DNA of 64,000 nt from the human T2T-CHM13v2.0 reference genome, Homo sapiens. Position numbers and translations under genes: made by a program. Numbering within the stretch: position 1 is the first letter of the stretch; every line of letters begins with the position of its first letter. Shown in pieces: positions 59,048 to 64,000 of the stretch. The stretch lies in the NCBI RefSeq assembly GCF_009914755.1, contig NC_060939.1. One strand, 5' to 3'. The notes below the pieces were generated by a model. The model did no database searches and was not told where the DNA came from. It saw only the letters and a list, made by a program, of their open reading frames with translations.

Positions 59048-59161
59048 CTGGAGTTTCTGAAGAATTGGACAATGGAGCAGATGCTTCAGCTAAGGCAGCT
59101 AATGTAGCTAATACTGATGTAGAAGAGTTTCCAAACTGAACAGCAGATACACCCGTTTCAT
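59048..59161 (-). CDS. GABPB1: GABPB1 exon 6 ([11 protein letters not shown]...SNSSETP)
   Basis: tacag| acceptor, |gttag donor, 114 nt, phase 1/1. Confidence 0.94.
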
Positions 59162-59479
59162 CTGTAAGAAAAAAGAAAATAGATTTGAATTTCTAAGGAG
59201 CTTAATCCAATGCATATTTCTGATATTCTATTTATCTTACTGACTCTTAAACAAAGCTTGGATAGCATTAGCTTTTGAAAGGTAATACTGCAGTAAATTT
59301 TGTAATATCACCTTTCTTCAGATTGTTTTGTCTCATAAAAATCTTTTTGCCAGTTATACCAAAGAAAACAAAGGTGGCTGATAGAATCTTACCCTCATTC
59401 TCCAACCGTCCTTTCTTACAAGGATGAATACCTACTAAAGCATAAAATCCCAAAGCCTATCCTATATGCATCTCAATAC

Positions 59480-59627
59480 CTGTTGCCTTGGATGAATTTT
59501 CTGAAGATACCAGACCTGTTAGGTTCACCACCCCTCCAGGTCCAATGATAAACTGTGGTGTTGCAGCATGTATTGTCACAGTGTCAGGACTCTCTGGGTT
59601 TGTGTTGATTTGGTTCTGCATAGCAAT
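59480..59627 (-). CDS. GABPB1: GABPB1 exon 5 (IAMQNQINT...VVNLT[[12 protein letters not shown]]); internal alternative donor gives 59516-59627
   Basis: cctag| acceptor. Two in-phase donors 36 nt apart (G|gtctgg at 59515, G|gtattg at 59479) match the known +/-12-aa isoforms. Confidence 0.93.
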
Positions 59628-59903
59628 CTAGGGAAAAAATGACCACAGTGTTTTCAGAATTATAACCAGAACATATAGCACAAATTCTCCATATAATACA
59701 AACACATATAAAGGAGTATTCTCTAAGAAGAATCACATAGTACAAGTGGAAATATTTGTCTAAGGTCCACTGACAGTGTAGGGGCACATCATGGGTATAT
59801 ATTTATATCCCAAGTCCCCCTCTTAGGTAAAGCAGCAAAATCCTGGGAGAGGAGAAACGAGTATCTAAAAGGTTTTTAACAGAACACAGAACAACTGGAC
59901 ATT

Positions 59904-60056
59904 AAGCTGGCTGAGGTGGCAGGTGCCTGTAATCCCAGCTATTCAGGGGGCTGAGGCAGAAGGAGTGGTTAAGCCCAGGAGTTCAAGACCAGCATGGGCA
60001 ACATAGTGAGACCCCCATCTCAAAAAACAAAAACAAAAAAAAAACAAACAAAAAAT
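59904..60056 (+). mobile_element. FLAM / Alu monomer
   Basis: Single monomer plus A-rich tail. Confidence 0.8.
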
Positions 60057-60618
60057 ATTTCTGCCCTGTAGCTATAGGAATTTAATTATTTCTTCTACGT
60101 TTGGCAATACATAATACCACATATATAAAGCATGTCCTTCTCAATTAATTGTTCCCCATCTTCAACTCCAACCCCCAAACTGCACTCTTAGGAGTAAAAG
60201 GAATGAAAAGAGGCATGGTAGAATTCATTTTCCTGAACATAAAACATCTTTTAAGTAACTAGTGGAAGCTCAAAGGAGTCAGATAGTCTTAGAAAAGAAG
60301 AGTTCTACTGCTGGGATTGGGAACAAACAGGCAAGAAGAGGCAGTAATTAAAGAAGATAATTTATATTATGTCATCTGGCTGAAAATAAGAGAAGTAATG
60401 TTGGTTACTAGAAAAATCTTCCCAAAAGCCAAAAACAACAGATATTTTTGAGGATGCTGAAAGATAAAAGAAACAAATCAAACTGCATCACTCACTCAAG
60501 GAATGATATTATGGTTGCTAATATATATGTTTTTTAATTTTTATAAAGTCATTTATAGTAGACTTGGAAAAACCATATAGTATCAAAATGCAACAAAAAT
60601 AATAGAATAAAATGTCTA

Positions 60619-60919
<301 letters not shown>

Positions 60920-61175
60920 CTAAAGGGAAATTCAGAAACTTAAAAAACAGAAAGTAATCACCTTATCTAATGTTAATGAAGAGACTGGCCTTATAATCAA
61001 GAAAATGAATAGTAATAAACAAAGAGGAAGTGAAAGAGAAAAAGGCCTATCCAAAATAACTAAGTCCAAAATGAAAGGCTACAAACAATAGTTTAAATCA
61101 TGCACAATATAAGAGATCCCTCTACTGATAAGGCTTCTTTTTCTTTATTTTCTTAAATTAAAAGCCAAAAGTTAC

Positions 61176-61370
61176 CTGTAATATCTCTGCTAAATCTTCA
61201 TTTCCATTGTCTATTGAAATATCAAATGCAGTTTTACAAAATTTACTTTGCGTGTGTACATCAGCACCATATTTGATTAAAAGTTCCACCACCTCTTGAT
61301 GATTGTGTTCTGTGGCCCAATGGAGAGCTGTCATCTTTAACATGTCCTTTGCATTGACATCAGCACCATG
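61176..61370 (-). CDS. GABPB1: GABPB1 exon 4, ankyrin repeats ([19 protein letters not shown]...AEILQ)
   Basis: gtag| acceptor, |gtaac donor, 195 nt. Confidence 0.96.
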
Positions 61371-61513
61371 CTACAAAAATATTTCAAAGAGTTTACTAAA
61401 ATATGAAATATCACATAAAAAATTCCTGATATGAAATTATTAGTTCTGTGCTTTAAAGCAAGAACAAATAATGTAGTCAATTATTTATATGTATATGTTA
61501 AATAGATGTTCCA

Positions 61514-61999
<486 letters not shown>

Positions 62000-62212
62000 T
62001 TAGCTGATTTAACTAAGAATATACCTAAATGAAGTTTTGTCCCTCATGAAATGAAAGCTATAAGACAATTTTCATTTAATGGGCTTATACACACAAAAAA
62101 TGAAATACTATAGATAAAACACTAAGTAGGCATTTAACAAAAACTAGTTCCCTCTCCTTCTTATAAAACCGTAAAGTATTTTAAAAGCAAAGTGCAAAAA
62201 GAGAACACATAC

Positions 62213-62380
62213 CTTAAGTAAAACCTCTACTATGCTGGCATGGCCCTCAGAAGCTGCCATATGTAATGGTGTTCGGTCCACTTTGGTTCTGGCATCTCTG
62301 CTCACACCAGCTCGCAGCAGTACCTCTGTGGTGGAATAATGACCATACTGTGCTGCTAGATGAAGTGGAGAAGTTCCCAG
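62213..62380 (-). CDS. GABPB1: GABPB1 exon 3, ankyrin repeats ([14 protein letters not shown]...VEVLLK)
   Basis: acag| acceptor, |gtatg donor, 168 nt. TPLH ankyrin motifs. Upstream exons lie beyond the window; exon numbering is from recall. Confidence 0.96.
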
Positions 62381-62675
62381 CTGTACCACAGAAAAAAAAA
62401 AAAATCCACATTTACATTATTGTTACTACACTTCTGTTTATATAGTAAACAGATTTTCTTTACATTATCTGTTTACATAGCAACTCAAAACTCAAAAGAA
62501 ATGCCTAGATTCATGCTTATCACATCCTCTTCATAGACATCTTGAAGAATTCCCAAACACTCTCAATGAAGAAGAAAATCCAGTATTTCCTTTAATTCAA
62601 ACTTTCTTTCTTCATTATTTTTTATCAGATAAACTGCCTGAACAAAATTAATTTCATTAGAAATTAAGATATAGA

Positions 62676-63028
<353 letters not shown>

Positions 63029-63559
63029 TCATACCAATCACACAAAACTTGCTAAGTTAACTTCGTCTGTAAAATTCATCTCAAATAAATGTAACAGTGT
63101 ACATTTTTACTTTAAGTGGATCAAAATTGTTTTGTAGGTCTTAAAAAATTCACGTATTGAAACATCTCAGTGATCTTTTTAAAGGGATTTTTTTCAAAGG
63201 AAAAATCTTAGGTGCATTTGCCAAAGTTGAATCAGGACAAAACCAAAACAGAGCCCAATTCTCCTGAAATTGGTTCCATGTGGTCTAGTCATTAAATTGA
63301 CATCCACAATACACAGAGGGAGTACTAAAATGTGAGGGAAGGAAGATTAAGTTCTATCACATGCATTTAAAGGCACAGAAAATCCCTATAACCCTCTGAT
63401 TACCACATCACTTGATATTCCAAAGAACTAAGATATTTGGACTAAGGAAATTTACACGTATAAACAGTTTATTATGTTATGAAGAGATTAAGTGAGATAT
63501 ATGTATAAAGGTCCTTAGTCCTATCTCTCTATCTATCTATAGATAGAGAGATAGATATA

Positions 63560-63754
63560 TTTTTTGTTTGTTTGTTTAATTGTTGTTTGTTTAATTAGAG
63601 ACAGGGCCTCACTGTGTTGCCCAGGCTGGGGTGCAATGGATATTCATAGGTACAATTATCACACACTACAGCTTTGAACTGCTGGGCTCAAGCAATCTGT
63701 CCACCTCAGCCTCCAGAGTAGCTGGGACTACAGGCACACACCAACAAACCCAGC
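63560..63754 (-). mobile_element. FAM (fossil Alu monomer)
   Basis: Monomer retaining the 7SL-like segment ggatattcataggtacaatt (compare ggctattcacaggcgcgat). Confidence 0.75.
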
Positions 63755-64000
63755 TAAACCTTACATTTTTAAGAGAAGGTCATCCCAGCAGATCAAAGAA
63801 GATCCTTAAACAATCCTTTCTTTCTCCATGCTTTGTCAATTTTTCTTTAACTAGCCTTTTCTATACTCTTAAATTTCAGTATTTAATGAAAATATCTCAA
63901 CAGCCCATTTAGCAACCAGGAGCTTTGCTCAGTTTGACATTAGGATCTACTTTTTTATTTTTGTCTTCTGAGACTTTCCCTTCTTGGTTATTGACACAAA

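Noticed and set aside
63170-63450. Possible cryptic GABPB1 exon in intron 2 (tttccttag acceptor near 63443)
   Set aside because: I found no convincing donor or open frame. RNA evidence would be needed.

Overview
Human (primate) genomic DNA, Alu-dense, with two tandem minus-strand protein-coding genes. I recognise the locus from the proteins as HDC-GABPB1 on 15q21.2. (1) The complete histidine decarboxylase gene HDC: 12 coding exons from ATG at 23861 to stop at 492-494, all GT-AG introns, splicing to an intact 662-aa ORF, with a TATA-like/GC-box promoter at ~23985-24025 and a poly(A) signal at 202-207. (2) The 3' part of GABPB1 (GA-binding protein beta 1): exons 3-9 (62380 to 36869), including the 36-nt alternative donor in exon 5, the exon-8 read-through that makes the short isoform, and a long 3'UTR with two poly(A) signals. 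The remainder is about 40 Alu/Alu-monomer copies, a 7SL pseudogene, L1/L2/MIR/MLT/MER fragments and microsatellites. I see no evidence of a wholly new gene system. The most interesting unexplained structures are: a fold-back hairpin inside the 7SL pseudogene; a nested antisense tailless Alu fragment in the isoform-deciding GABPB1 intron 8; an Alu polarity switch around GABPB1 exons 3-6 (circRNA geometry); GATA/MITF/AP-1 motif clusters in HDC introns; a transposon-derived HDC 3'UTR starting at the stop codon; and a NAGNAG acceptor in GABPB1. Repeat boundaries and subfamily names are by-eye estimates.
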